Source: Candidatus Accumulibacter conexus
GTDB taxonomy: Bacteria > Pseudomonadota > Gammaproteobacteria > Burkholderiales > Rhodocyclaceae
Assembly: GCA_017592775.1 (NCBI GenBank)
Contig: JAGFNJ010000005.1
Coordinates: forward strand, 62,246-126,245
Direction: 5' to 3'
DNA: 64,000 nucleotides
This document shows, piece by piece, positions 12,515 to 22,246 of this stretch (positions are counted from its first letter, which is position 1; every line of letters begins with the position of its first letter). The translations under genes were made by a program, and so were the position numbers. The notes beneath the pieces are model-generated. The model was not told where the DNA came from. It ran no database searches and saw nothing but the letters and a program-made list of their open reading frames with translations.

Positions 12515-12530
12515 CTGTATTTTTGTACAG
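12515..12530. promoter_or_regulatory. LexA (SOS) box CTGT-N8-ACAG
   Basis: The exact palindromic sequence CTGTATTTTTGTACAG lies in the lexA / bcp divergent intergenic region, 25 nt upstream of the lexA ATG. Confidence 0.75.
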
Positions 12531-12645
12531 CAAGAGGAAAAAAGCAAGCGTGACGGCAGGACGAAGGGATGCAGCCTGGCGCTTGACCCGGGCTCCCCTT
12601 TGTTACCACAATCGCCTCCTCCACTCCCGCCCTCCGAGGCCCGCC

Positions 12646-13101
12646 ATGATCGACCAGCCTGTCGAAGACTTCAGCCTGCCCGCCAGCGGCGGCCGGACCT
12701 TCAGCCTTTCCGCCTGCCGCGGCAGCACCGTGGTCCTCTACTTCTACCCCAAGGACAGCACTCCCGGCTGTACCAGCGAGGCGCGGGACTTTCGTGACCT
12801 GCACCCGCAGTTCGTCGCCGCCGGCGCGATCATCGCCGGTGTGTCGCGCGACGGCCTCAGGTCGCACGACAACTTCACGGCGAAACAGGAACTGCCTTTC
12901 GCCCTCATCAGCGACAGCGACGAGGTGCTGTGCAACCGCTTCGCGGTGATCCGGATGAAGTCGATGTACGGCAAGCAGGTGCGCGGCATAGAGCGCAGCA
13001 CCTTCGTCATTGATGGCAACGGAGTCCTGCGGCGCGAGTGGCGCGGCGTCCGGGTGGCCGGGCACGCGCAGGAAGTGCTCGACTTCGTCAGCCACCTCTG
13101 A
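12646..13101 (+). CDS. bcp: thioredoxin-dependent thiol peroxidase (peroxiredoxin Bcp)
   Basis: The [18 protein letters not shown] peroxidatic-Cys motif is present. ATG at 12646. The upstream part of the ORF-track frame is treated as spurious. Confidence 0.9.
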   Translation: MIDQPVEDFSLPASGGRTFSLSACRGSTVVLYFYPKDSTPGCTSEARDFRDLHPQFVAAGAIIAGVSRDGLRSHDNFTAKQELPFALISDSDEVLCNRFAVIRMKSMYGKQVRGIERSTFVIDGNGVLRREWRGVRVAGHAQEVLDFVSHL

Positions 13102-13145
13102 AGCGCCAGACCAGCGCTGCGATCACTCCGGAAGAGGTTCCCGAC

Positions 13146-14570
13146 ATGCTCCACAGGAACGCCGTCGACAGCAGTCCCGTGACTGCGGCAGCGAGGAAGC
13201 TCTTCGTCCTCGACACCAATGTGCTGATGCACGACCCAACCTGTCTGTACCGCTTCCAGGAGCATGACCTGTTTCTGCCGATCATGACCCTCGAGGAACT
13301 CGACAGCCACAAGAAGGGAATGTCGGAGATCGCCCGCAATGCACGCCAGGTGACGCGCACGCTCGACGAAATCGTCAACGGTACGGCCGCCGCGATCGAA
13401 CTGGGCATCGCTCTCGACGGTGCTTCGCGGCAGTTGGCCAGTGGCCGCCTCTTCCTGCAGACGGAAGCGATCACCGGCGAACTGCCGGCGGGACTGCCGA
13501 CAGCGAAGGCCGACAACCAGATCCTGGCCGTCGTCATCCACCTCCAGAAGCGCCATCCCGAACGACCGGTGATCCTCGTCTCCAAGGACATCAACATGCG
13601 CATCAAGGCGCGGACGCTGGGATTGCAGGCGCAGGACTACTTCAACGACAAGGTGCTCGAAGACACCGACCTGCTGTACACCGGCACGCGCGAACTGCCG
13701 GCAGACTTCTGGGACGAGCACGGCCAGGACATGGTGTCGCGCAGCCGGGACGGGCGGACGCGGTACCGCATCAGTGGTCCGCTGTGCCCGCAGTTTCTGG
13801 TCAACCAGTTCCTGTACCAGGAAGGCGAACGCCCGCTGCAGGCGATCGTCCGCTCGCTCGCCGGGACGACCGCCGAACTCGAGACGCTGATCGACTACAG
13901 CCATGCCAGAAACAGCGTCTGGGGAATCACGGCGCGCAATCGCGAGCAGAACTTCGCCCTCAATGCGCTGATGAACCCGGACGTGGATTTCGTCACCCTG
14001 CTCGGCCAGGCCGGCACCGGCAAGACGCTGCTGACGCTGGCGGCCGGTCTGACGCAGGTGCTCGACGACAAGCGCTACGGTGAAATCATCGTCACCCGCG
14101 TGACGGTGCCGGTCGGCGAGGACATCGGTTTCCTGCCGGGCACCGAGGAAGAGAAGATGGGACCGTGGATGGGCGCCCTCGAGGACAATCTCGAGGTGCT
14201 CAACCGGGGCGACGAACAGGCCGGCGACTGGGGCCGGGCAGCCACCCGCGACCTGATCCGCCACCGCATCCGGATCAAGTCGCTCAACTTCATGCGCGGC
14301 CGCACCTTCCTCAACCGGTACCTGATCATCGACGAAGCGCAGAACCTGACGCCGAAGCAGATGAAGACACTGATCACCCGTGCCGGCCCTGGAACCAAGG
14401 TGATCTGCCTCGGCAACATCGCGCAGATCGACACGCCATACCTCAGCGAAGGCAGTTCCGGCCTGAGCTACGTCGTCGACCGGTTCAAGGGCTGGCAACA
14501 TGCCGGCCACGTCACCCTGCAGCGCGGCGAGCGGTCGCGTCTCGCCGATTACGCGGGTGAAGTGCTATAA
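13146..14570 (+). CDS. PhoH-like ATPase with N-terminal PIN domain (PhoH2/YlaK type)
   Basis: PIN-like LFVLDTNVLMHDP...DNQILA, followed by PhoH Walker A GQAGTGKTLL and IIDEAQNLT. ATG at 13146. Confidence 0.85.
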   Translation: MLHRNAVDSSPVTAAARKLFVLDTNVLMHDPTCLYRFQEHDLFLPIMTLEELDSHKKGMSEIARNARQVTRTLDEIVNGTAAAIELGIALDGASRQLASGRLFLQTEAITGELPAGLPTAKADNQILAVVIHLQKRHPERPVILVSKDINMRIKARTLGLQAQDYFNDKVLEDTDLLYTGTRELPADFWDEHGQDMVSRSRDGRTRYRISGPLCPQFLVNQFLYQEGERPLQAIVRSLAGTTAELETLIDYSHARNSVWGITARNREQNFALNALMNPDVDFVTLLGQAGTGKTLLTLAAGLTQVLDDKRYGEIIVTRVTVPVGEDIGFLPGTEEEKMGPWMGALEDNLEVLNRGDEQAGDWGRAATRDLIRHRIRIKSLNFMRGRTFLNRYLIIDEAQNLTPKQMKTLITRAGPGTKVICLGNIAQIDTPYLSEGSSGLSYVVDRFKGWQHAGHVTLQRGERSRLADYAGEVL

Positions 14571-14588
14571 TCGCCGGCGAATCGGGCC

Positions 14589-15959
14589 GTGTCTCATGAC
14601 ACGGCCCAGCCGTTTGTGGCCACCGATCGCTGCCGCCGGGTGCTGCCGGCAGCGGTCCGGCGCCTGCCGGAGAGTCGATTGAAACGACGCGATTTCCTTG
14701 CTGCTTCCGCGCTGATTGCACTGCTGGCGCCGGCGCCGGCGCTGGCCGCCAAGAAGAAGGAAAAGAGCAGCAAGCCGGGCGGCAGCAAACCGGCGAGTGG
14801 GTCGACCGGCCGCAGCAGGCGCGAGGCGAGAACGGACAACCGGAGTCGCGCGCGCGGCAGACAGACCTACCGCCCGGTCACCGAACAGCCGGCCGCCGCC
14901 CCGGCGGCCGTTGCCAGCTCGCCGGCGACGACCAACGAGCAGACCTACAACGCCATCGCACTGCCGGACGAGCCGCAGCCGCAGTGGCGAACCTACGACG
15001 TCACCTCGCTGATCACGCTCAACCACGTCAAGGGCAAGCTGCGCCTCTGGCTGCCGCTGGCACAATACCGCGACAACCCCTGGCAGCGGGCACTGGGGCA
15101 TGACTGGCGGGGCAACTTCGACAGTGCAGGCGTCTACCGCGACCCGGTGGCCGATCTGGAAGTCTTCTACGCCGACTGGAACCATGTTGCCGCGACACCG
15201 AAGCTGCAGCTGGTCAGTCAGGTGGCCAAGCGGGACCGGAACTTCGACATCACCCGCCGCGGCGGCGTCGCCGAGCGCGGCGAGGTGTTGCGCCGCTGCC
15301 TGCAGTCGAGCAACCTGGTACCGACCGACGGACTCGTACGGCGTACCGCCGAGACGGCAGTGGGTCGAATCAAGGATCCGGTGGCCCAGGGCAAGGCGAT
15401 CTACGACTGGGTGATCGAGAACACCACCTACGACCCGGTGCCGGCCGGCATCGGCCGCGGCGACGTCGAGGCGATGCTCGACAGCGGGCGGCTGAGTGGC
15501 GGCAGTGCCGACATCGCCCTGCTCTTCGTTGCCCTGTGCCGTTCGATCGGCATCCCGGCGCGGCCGGTCTTCGGGCTGCGCATCGACGGTTCGCGACTCT
15601 TTTCCGGGCTGGGCGCAACCGGCAACCTCGGTACCGGACAGCACTGCCGCGCCGAGTTCTACACCCCGGGTTATGGCTGGATCCCGGTCGACCCTGGTGA
15701 TGTGCGCAAAGCCATCCGCGACGAGAACCTGGGCTACAGCGACCCGAAGCTGCTCGTCCTGCGCAAGCTGCTGTTCGGTTTCTGGGAGAGGAACTGGCTG
15801 GCGCTCAATACCGCGCAGGATGTCCAACTGCAGGGCGCCAGCGGCGGTCCCCTGCCCTTCCTGGTGCTGCCGCAGATCGAGGCGGGCGGCCAGCGCTTCG
15901 ACAGCAGCGACAGCCAGCGCTGCAGCTACACGGTCACCTCCAACCGCGTCGACGGCTGA
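14589..15959 (+). CDS. Tat-signal transglutaminase-like family protein
   Basis: Twin-arginine signal RRDFLAASALIALLAPAPALA, then a K/R/S-rich linker. The C-terminal transglutaminase-core-like region reads GGSADIALLFVALCRSIGIPARPVFG...HCRAEFY..GYGWIPVDP. Confidence 0.75.
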   Translation: MSHDTAQPFVATDRCRRVLPAAVRRLPESRLKRRDFLAASALIALLAPAPALAAKKKEKSSKPGGSKPASGSTGRSRREARTDNRSRARGRQTYRPVTEQPAAAPAAVASSPATTNEQTYNAIALPDEPQPQWRTYDVTSLITLNHVKGKLRLWLPLAQYRDNPWQRALGHDWRGNFDSAGVYRDPVADLEVFYADWNHVAATPKLQLVSQVAKRDRNFDITRRGGVAERGEVLRRCLQSSNLVPTDGLVRRTAETAVGRIKDPVAQGKAIYDWVIENTTYDPVPAGIGRGDVEAMLDSGRLSGGSADIALLFVALCRSIGIPARPVFGLRIDGSRLFSGLGATGNLGTGQHCRAEFYTPGYGWIPVDPGDVRKAIRDENLGYSDPKLLVLRKLLFGFWERNWLALNTAQDVQLQGASGGPLPFLVLPQIEAGGQRFDSSDSQRCSYTVTSNRVDG

Positions 15960-15982
15960 TGTGACGTTAGCGCTGCCGACGC

Positions 15983-17431
15983 TCAGTACGATCCCGGGCT
16001 GGCAAAGCTCTCGAAACGCGTGTACTCGCCGAGGAAGGTCAGGCGCACGGTGCCGATCGGACCGTTGCGCTGCTTGCCGATGATGATCTCGGCGACGCCC
16101 TTTTCCGGTGTGTCCGGGTTGTAGACCTCGTCGCGGTAGATGAACATGATCACGTCGGCATCCTGCTCGATGGCTCCCGATTCGCGCAGGTCGGACATCA
16201 CCGGACGCTTGTTCGGCCGCTGTTCGAGCGAGCGATTGAGCTGCGACAGCGCCATCAGCGGCACGCCGAGTTCCTTCGCCAGACCCTTCAGCGAGCGCGA
16301 GATCTCGGAGATCTCGGTCGCCCGGTTCTCGCCATGCGAGGTCGCCGACATCAACTGCAGGTAGTCGATGACGATCAGCCCGAGCTGTCCGCACTGCCGG
16401 TAAAGGCGGCGGGCACGCGCCCGCAGGTCGATCGGATTCAGCGCCGGTGTCTCGTCGATGTAGATCGGCGCCTCGTGCATGCGGCCGAGGGCAAAGGACA
16501 GGCGCGACCATTCATCGTCGTTCAGGCGCCCGGTACGGACGCGGTGCGCGTCGAGACGACCGACCGAGCAGAGCATGCGCATCGCCAGTTGGGTGCCGCC
16601 CATCTCCATCGAGAAAATGGCCACCGGCAGCCCGACCTCGAGCGCCACATGCTCGGCAATGTTCATCGCGAACGAGGTCTTGCCCATCGACGGCCGGCCG
16701 GCGACGATCAGCAGATCGCCGCTCTGCAGGCCGGAGGTCTTGCCGTCGAGGTCGTGGTAACCGGTGGGCACACCGGTGATGTCGGACGGGTTGTCGCGAT
16801 CGTGCAGTTCCTGGATCCGCTCGACGACCTGCGTCAGCAGAGGATTGATATGGACGAAGCCGGTCTGGTGGCGAAAGCCGCCCTCGGCGATGGCAAACAC
16901 CTTCGCCTCGGCTTCGTCGAGCAGTGTTTTCGCGTCGCGGCCGAGCGGGTTGAGCGCGCTGCCGGCAATCTCGTCGCCGGCGGTGACCAGTTGGCGCAGG
17001 ATCGCGCGCTCGCGGACGATCTCGGCATAGCGGCGGATGTTTGCCGCCGACGGCGTGTTCGCCGCCAGTTCGCCGAGGTAGGCCAGGCCACCGGTCGCCT
17101 TGCCCTCGCCGGCCAGATCGAGGCTCTCGGCGACCGTTACCGCGTCGGCCGGCTTGCCACCTTCGAGCAGCTTGCGCATCTGGCGATAGATACGCCGGTG
17201 CTCGTCGCGGTAGAAATCGCCTTCGCCAACCAGGTCAGCGATGCGGTCGAAGGCCGCGTTGTCGAGCAACAGGCCGCCGAGGACCGATTGCTCGGCTTCC
17301 AGCGAATGGGGCGGCACACGCAGCTCGGACAGCACGGAGTCGGGCTGCGGGCCGCTCCCCCGCCGCGGGTTGCGCCCGGCCGGGCGGCGTTGCCCATCAT
17401 CGGGGCTGATTGGGTCGGACGAACTGGCCAT
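15983..17431 (-). CDS. dnaB: replicative DNA helicase
   Basis: 482-aa ORF. PPHSLEAEQSVLGGLL N-terminus, Walker A GRPSMGKTSF, IVIDYLQLM and SQLNRSLEQR motifs. Confidence 0.95.
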   Translation of the reverse strand: MASSSDPISPDDGQRRPAGRNPRRGSGPQPDSVLSELRVPPHSLEAEQSVLGGLLLDNAAFDRIADLVGEGDFYRDEHRRIYRQMRKLLEGGKPADAVTVAESLDLAGEGKATGGLAYLGELAANTPSAANIRRYAEIVRERAILRQLVTAGDEIAGSALNPLGRDAKTLLDEAEAKVFAIAEGGFRHQTGFVHINPLLTQVVERIQELHDRDNPSDITGVPTGYHDLDGKTSGLQSGDLLIVAGRPSMGKTSFAMNIAEHVALEVGLPVAIFSMEMGGTQLAMRMLCSVGRLDAHRVRTGRLNDDEWSRLSFALGRMHEAPIYIDETPALNPIDLRARARRLYRQCGQLGLIVIDYLQLMSATSHGENRATEISEISRSLKGLAKELGVPLMALSQLNRSLEQRPNKRPVMSDLRESGAIEQDADVIMFIYRDEVYNPDTPEKGVAEIIIGKQRNGPIGTVRLTFLGEYTRFESFASPGSY

Positions 17432-17497
17432 CGGGAATCCGCAACGAAAGGAAGGAGCAGGGCCACCAGTCTAGCGCGCTGGCGTGCGATCCAGTGC

Positions 17498-17533
17498 CCA
17501 AAAGCAGAAGAGCCTTGCCATCAGGCAAGGCTC
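17498..17533 (-). terminator. putative rho-independent terminator downstream of rplI
   Basis: A perfect 10-bp inverted repeat GAGCCTTGCC / GGCAAGGCTC (17510-17533) has a 4-nt loop. On the minus strand it is followed by TTCTGCTTTTGGG. Confidence 0.5.
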
Positions 17534-17570
17534 CTTGTCGACCAGAGGCAACCCAGCCTGCCGGACTGCC

Positions 17571-18029
17571 CTAGATCTTCGCCTGTTCGATGACCACGGC
17601 GACCGTGATCGTCGCCAGAACGTCGCCATGCAGCGCCACTTCCAGTTGTGTCTCGCCAATCGTCTTCAGTGGTCCGCCAGGCATGCGCACGGCCGACTTC
17701 TCGATGTCGAAGCCCTGTGCGCGCAGGCCGTCGGCAACGTCGAAATTGGTCACTGAACCAAACAGGCGACCATCGACACCAGCCTTGCGCGCGATGCGCA
17801 CGACGACACCCGCCAGTTTCTCGGCATAGGCCTGCGCATCGGCCAGCTTCGCCGCCGCCGCCTGCTCGAGTTCGGCCCGCTTCGCTTCGAACTCCTGCAG
17901 CGCCGCCGGCGTCGCGCGCCTGGCCTTGCCGGTCGGGATCAGGAAGTTGCGCGCGTAGCCGTCCTTCACCTTGAGCAGGTCACCGAGATTGCCGAGGTTG
18001 GCGACCTTCTCCATCAGAATGATTTGCAT
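17571..18029 (-). CDS. rplI: 50S ribosomal protein L9
   Basis: 152-aa [35 protein letters not shown]. Confidence 0.95.
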   Translation of the reverse strand: MQIILMEKVANLGNLGDLLKVKDGYARNFLIPTGKARRATPAALQEFEAKRAELEQAAAAKLADAQAYAEKLAGVVVRIARKAGVDGRLFGSVTNFDVADGLRAQGFDIEKSAVRMPGGPLKTIGETQLEVALHGDVLATITVAVVIEQAKI

Positions 18030-18043
18030 CGTCGTCTCCTCGC

Positions 18044-18319
18044 TTACTGGTGATTGTCGGTGTAGGGCAACAGCGCGAGGAAACGCGCGCGCTTGATCGC
18101 CACCGACAGCATCCGCTGATAGCCCGCCTTGGTGCCCGTCAGGCGGGCCGGCATGATCTTGGCGTTCTCGGCGATGTACTCCTTGAACAGATCGACATCC
18201 TTGTAGTCGATCTCTTCCATCTTCTCGGCAGTGAAGCGGCAGAACTTGCGCCGCTTGAAGAGACCACTACCCCGCTTCTTGACGTTCTTGTCATCCTTCT
18301 TCTTGAAGAACCTTGGCAT
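18044..18319 (-). CDS. rpsR: 30S ribosomal protein S18
   Basis: Motif [10 protein letters not shown]...[16 protein letters not shown] at 18319 is preceded by AAGGAAA (the ORF track opens at TTG 18337). Confidence 0.9.
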   Translation of the reverse strand: MPRFFKKKDDKNVKKRGSGLFKRRKFCRFTAEKMEEIDYKDVDLFKEYIAENAKIMPARLTGTKAGYQRMLSVAIKRARFLALLPYTDNHQ

Positions 18320-18701
18320 CTTGATTTCCTTCGACAAATTCGATCTTGGTTACATGCAGTCGCGGCTGCCTGCTGTGGCGGCTGCGCGCGGCGAGAAATC
18401 CGCTCAGCTGCAGCCGTGTCCCGGGACTCGCCGCCTGCAGCCAGTGTGCCGTATCGCCGAGGGCGATCGCCGGCACCTCACATTCGACGCGGCGGTTGCT
18501 GCCTGCCTCGAGCTGCTCCGACTGGTGACCGATCAGGCACTCCGTGACCGGCACTCCGGCCGGGGTGAAACGCAGCGCCTTGCGCTCGATCAGGACTCCG
18601 CTGAGCTCGACACGGTTCAGCAGCGCCGCCGACTCAGGCTGCTGGCTGCTCGCCGGCGGCAGCCGGGTCACGGACTTCCAGCAGCGACTTGGACTTCTCA
18701 T
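18291..18701 (-). CDS. priB: primosomal replication protein N (PriB)
   Basis: OB-fold PriB-like core [35 protein letters not shown]...RLHVTKIEF, in the conserved position between rpsF and rpsR. The start is uncertain. ATG 18701 and GTG 18671 both overlap the rpsF 3' end, and the conserved core begins around 18617. Confidence 0.7.
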   Translation of the reverse strand: MRSPSRCWKSVTRLPPASSQQPESAALLNRVELSGVLIERKALRFTPAGVPVTECLIGHQSEQLEAGSNRRVECEVPAIALGDTAHWLQAASPGTRLQLSGFLAARSRHSRQPRLHVTKIEFVEGNQDAKVLQEEG

Positions 18702-19014
18702 CCTTCATCATCGGCGACGGCGCAGTGACCGCGCGCTTGGCCTTGATCGTCAGATGACGAAGAATCGCATCGTTGAACTTGAAGCCGTGCTCCAGTTCGG
18801 TCAGCGTCGCGCTGTCGCACTCGATGTTCAGCAGCAGGTAGTGGGCCTTGTGCAGCTTCTGGATCGGATAGGCGAGCTGGCGGCGACCCCAGTCCTCGAG
18901 GCGGTGGATCTGTCCGCCACGCGAGGCGATGAGCCCCTTGTAGCGCTCGACCATCGCCGGCACCTGCTCACTCTGGTCGGGATGGATGATCAGGACGATT
19001 TCGTAATGGCGCAT
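18634..19014 (-). CDS. rpsF: 30S ribosomal protein S6
   Basis: [26 protein letters not shown] begins at ATG 19014. The ORF-track extension to 19107 is treated as spurious. Confidence 0.93.
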   Translation of the reverse strand: MRHYEIVLIIHPDQSEQVPAMVERYKGLIASRGGQIHRLEDWGRRQLAYPIQKLHKAHYLLLNIECDSATLTELEHGFKFNDAILRHLTIKAKRAVTAPSPMMKDEKSKSLLEVRDPAAAGEQPAA

Positions 19015-19077
19015 GAACACTCCTTGTGGCTGAAGCCCCCCGCCATGCGAGCGGTGGAGCAAGGTGAAAAGCCGGCG

Positions 19078-19107
19078 ATTATAGCGCTGCTGCGGCTTCA
19101 CGGGCAA
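19078..19107 (-). promoter_or_regulatory. putative sigma70 promoter of the rpsF-priB-rpsR-rplI operon
   Basis: The minus strand reads TTGCCC-(18 nt)-TATAAT. The -35 lies at 19102-19107 and the -10 at 19078-19083, about 64 nt upstream of the rpsF ATG. Confidence 0.4.
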
Positions 19108-19237
19108 TCACTTCCGCGCATTCGCGGTCTCGCCACCCCTGTTGTCGAAGGCTTGCAGGCGAAGCCACCCTTTCTGGCTGCCAGCATTCACGTTCCCGGC
19201 TGCCGGCTCGCGGGGGGCAGCATCGGGGCATGCGATC

Positions 19238-19960
19238 CTAAGCCAGCCTCGCCTCCAGCTTGCGCAGCGATGCGCGAACGGTGGCAGCCCTCGCGTCCCC
19301 AACCTCGTCGAGTTTGTCGCAGATCGCCCGCAGAACCTCGAGCGTCGCGTTCGGCGCACTGCTGCCAGCCTTGTCGACGAAGGCGCGGTAGGCTCGCTCG
19401 GCGCCCGGTACGTCCACTCCAAGCAATGCGCGGCAGTCGCCGAGGTCGGCCCACGCCCAGCCGCTGTCGCTGAGTTCCTGCTGTTCCGCCAAGTGCTTGG
19501 TGAGCAGCTTTTCCAGCGTTTCGATGTCCGTGGCAAGGTCGTCGAGGGAGCTCGCGCCCGAGAGCAGGGCCAACTTCACGGCGTTGACCCGATTGTACGT
19601 GCTCTGGTGAACGAAGCTCTCCTCCAACTCCGCGCCCTTGCGGTAGCTGTCGAGAGCGGCACGCGAATCGCCAAGGCGACGCAACATTCCCCCGCGACTG
19701 CCGTAGGCTTCGACGAGTTCGCGCGCGATCGCGGCCACCTCCGGGGTCGGATCCCCGGCGGGCACACGCTGCTCGCGGGGCCACTCGGGAAGGGCAAGCA
19801 GGAACCTGATGATCTCGTCCAATACACCCGCGCCGGCACGGAATTCGGCCACCGCTCTGCTCGCGTCGCCTGCCCTGCCAAACGCCTCGCCGCGCTTGCG
19901 CAGGAGCTTCGCCTGGCGATGCCTCTCGGCCACCTCATCCTGCCAGCGGCTCGCCGTCAT
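19238..19960 (-). CDS. all-helical TPR/DUF4071-like protein, last gene of the caspase operon
   Basis: 240-aa ORF. Its ATG overlaps the stop codon of the upstream caspase gene (ATGA overlap at 19957-19960). It shares motif order with the helical region of the 22916-24928 protein: SYRKGAEL..STYNRVNAVKLALL...GWAWADLGDCRALL versus PYHRAFVA..HYSGINALTLLLL...DYWARASHAEACLLL. Confidence 0.6.
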   Translation of the reverse strand: MTASRWQDEVAERHRQAKLLRKRGEAFGRAGDASRAVAEFRAGAGVLDEIIRFLLALPEWPREQRVPAGDPTPEVAAIARELVEAYGSRGGMLRRLGDSRAALDSYRKGAELEESFVHQSTYNRVNAVKLALLSGASSLDDLATDIETLEKLLTKHLAEQQELSDSGWAWADLGDCRALLGVDVPGAERAYRAFVDKAGSSAPNATLEVLRAICDKLDEVGDARAATVRASLRKLEARLA

Positions 19961-22245
19961 GGTGCGTCTCCTTTCAGCCTCTTGAGGATCGTCTCTGCCA
20001 GGGCGAAGTCTTCCGCCACATCGCTGTCGTACAGCGCTGCCGCAACGTCCTCGCCGAGCTTCTGGTGAAGCGCTTTCGCCGCCTCGGGAAACCCGCGCGG
20101 TTTGACCCGGTACTCAAGATAGAGCCAGGCCGCGATGCGCTGCTCCACCGCCGCGCGTTCAGCATCGCGTTTGATCGGCCTGCTGGCAGCGAACAACGTC
20201 TGCGTTGCCTCGACCCGATCCTTCTCGGTGCTGCTCAACGACTCGGCGGAGCGATCCAGCAGATCGTGCACCTCAGGATAGGCGACGCTGACCGGCTCGA
20301 TCGCTTCGCGGACGACCTGATGCACCCAGTTGTAGCTCGGATCGAGTTCGTCGAACGGCCTTCTCTTCACCAGTGCGTCGGCCAAGTCGTCGAAGGTTCT
20401 TGCGGCGCCCTTCTGGTATCGGCGGGGCTCGAGTTGGGCGTTCATCAGCGCCACCTGCTGGAGCTCGGGTCCCGACTGGCCGTCTGCTCTCCGGACGCGA
20501 GCCGCCAAGTCCGCCCCGGGCAGGTAGCGTTCATCGACGATCTGCAGCGCGCCCCAAGGGCTCACCGCGAGCCGGACTCCGAGTTCGAGGAACGAGGACG
20601 GACTGAAGAGGCTCCAGTCCATGACGCATCCGGCTACCCGGCGGATGTGCTCGTACAGTGCCTGCGAAACGAGCTGCGATGACCCCAGGTCGATCAGGCG
20701 ACGGACACGGGGCTGGCGCACCCCCCGCTGCTGGAGAGCCTTTTCCAGCCCGCGGCGCACGTATAGCCATGCTTCCCGATGTTCAGGACGAAAGGAGCAC
20801 AGTGCGAGCACCAGTCGATCCAACGGAATCGTGCCCCACGACTCGACATCGGAGCCGAGCTGGCGCAGCGAATCGTACGCTGGCAGGTCGAGGTAGCGCG
20901 GCTGCAGCAGGAGCTGATCAAAACCCCTCGCCGTACCCTCGATGAAGCGACGGACAACGGGGTCCTCGGCCACAGTCGTCTCGGTCTCACTGTGCGAGAA
21001 GACCTGCAGATCGCTCAGGTTGAACGGCGTCTCCAACTGGCGGCCTTCGCGCCAGCCGTAGCCGTGGCTGCACAGGGTCACTCCGCGCCGGGTCGCCGCG
21101 CGGATGCCGAGCAGGAACATCACGCCCGGCTCGAAGCGCGTCAGATCGAAAAAGGCCAGGTCGGCCTGGACGACGGCCCGGATCGTGTTCTTGAGTGAGG
21201 ATCGGTTCCTGAAGGCGTCGTGAACGCGAAAGACCACGGTCGTGACGCATCCGGCATCGAAGTCCTCCGGCAAGTCCCGACGGGTTCCAGCCACCGACGA
21301 CCGACCCAGCCAAGAGCGGCGGAAGCGCTGCCAGACGCTATCGCCGGCCTGCAGGAACACGTCATTCACCTTCTCACGCAATGGATCGTCGGATGAGAAG
21401 CCCGCATGCTCGGACTCGACGACGAGGCAGTGCAGCCGCCGCGGATCGAAGTTCTCCCAGAGCGCGCCGTCGGACGATCCGGCGGCCATCGCGGTCCGCC
21501 GGAAGATCGGCTGACGACTGAGCTGTTCCAGAGTGTCCGTGTTGATATCGCCCATGCTGCCAATCGAAGGTCTTTGCGGCGGGAGCCGGGGAAGGGCCGC
21601 TGCCGCGATCTCTTCGCATTGGCCGCCCGTCGCGTTCAGTACCTCCTGGAGCGTTTCGTTGCGGGAGTCCGGGGCGAGGGCTCGCGCCAGTGCAGCCGTA
21701 AAAACGCTGACATCCTTGCCATCACTGCCGCATCGCCAGACGTGGCAAAGCTCTTTCTCTGCGCAGCCGAAGATGCGGATGAAGTTCTTGTCCGGAAATG
21801 CCTGACTGCCCTTTGTCCACGGTCGCCCCCCTTTCTCCGTCCCGTGGTCGCAATCGTCGCGGCACGCATCGATGATGAAGATCACCAGCGCGTCCGGATC
21901 CACGACCGAGGGACTCAGGTCGGTCGAAACGCGGTGCGTGGCGCTGCGAGCTGCCTCAGCACGGCTGACGCCGGCGGGGAGGATCCATTCCTGGCCATCA
22001 ATCGAGACGCCGTGGCCGCTGAAGTAGACAATGCCGACGTCGCTGGTCACCTTCGCGCAGAAATCGCTGATCGCACTTTCGAGCAGGCTGGCATTCCTCA
22101 CCGTGTCGGCCGACACGACTTCGACCGCGAACCCACATGTCGTCAGCGTCCGCTTCATGAGCAGGACATCCTGCTCAGCGGCGGGGAGATTCGTGAAGCC
22201 GTCCCCGTACTCGGCAGCACCGATCAGCAGTGCGCGTCTCGCCAC
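19957..22245 (-). CDS. caspase (peptidase C14)-like domain protein with a central TIR/deoxyribosyltransferase-like module
   Basis: 762-aa ORF. The N-terminus ALLIGAAEYG...VYFSGHGV (His, about aa 78) ...FIIDACRDD (Cys, about aa 128) is a caspase His/Cys dyad pattern. The central ADLAFFDLTRFEPGVMFLLGIRAATRRGVTL resembles the N-terminal module of the 22916-24928 protein. GTG start lies 1 nt after the stop of the upstream small ORF. Confidence 0.8.
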   Translation of the reverse strand: MARRALLIGAAEYGDGFTNLPAAEQDVLLMKRTLTTCGFAVEVVSADTVRNASLLESAISDFCAKVTSDVGIVYFSGHGVSIDGQEWILPAGVSRAEAARSATHRVSTDLSPSVVDPDALVIFIIDACRDDCDHGTEKGGRPWTKGSQAFPDKNFIRIFGCAEKELCHVWRCGSDGKDVSVFTAALARALAPDSRNETLQEVLNATGGQCEEIAAAALPRLPPQRPSIGSMGDINTDTLEQLSRQPIFRRTAMAAGSSDGALWENFDPRRLHCLVVESEHAGFSSDDPLREKVNDVFLQAGDSVWQRFRRSWLGRSSVAGTRRDLPEDFDAGCVTTVVFRVHDAFRNRSSLKNTIRAVVQADLAFFDLTRFEPGVMFLLGIRAATRRGVTLCSHGYGWREGRQLETPFNLSDLQVFSHSETETTVAEDPVVRRFIEGTARGFDQLLLQPRYLDLPAYDSLRQLGSDVESWGTIPLDRLVLALCSFRPEHREAWLYVRRGLEKALQQRGVRQPRVRRLIDLGSSQLVSQALYEHIRRVAGCVMDWSLFSPSSFLELGVRLAVSPWGALQIVDERYLPGADLAARVRRADGQSGPELQQVALMNAQLEPRRYQKGAARTFDDLADALVKRRPFDELDPSYNWVHQVVREAIEPVSVAYPEVHDLLDRSAESLSSTEKDRVEATQTLFAASRPIKRDAERAAVEQRIAAWLYLEYRVKPRGFPEAAKALHQKLGEDVAAALYDSDVAEDFALAETILKRLKGDAP

Positions 22246-22246
22246 A

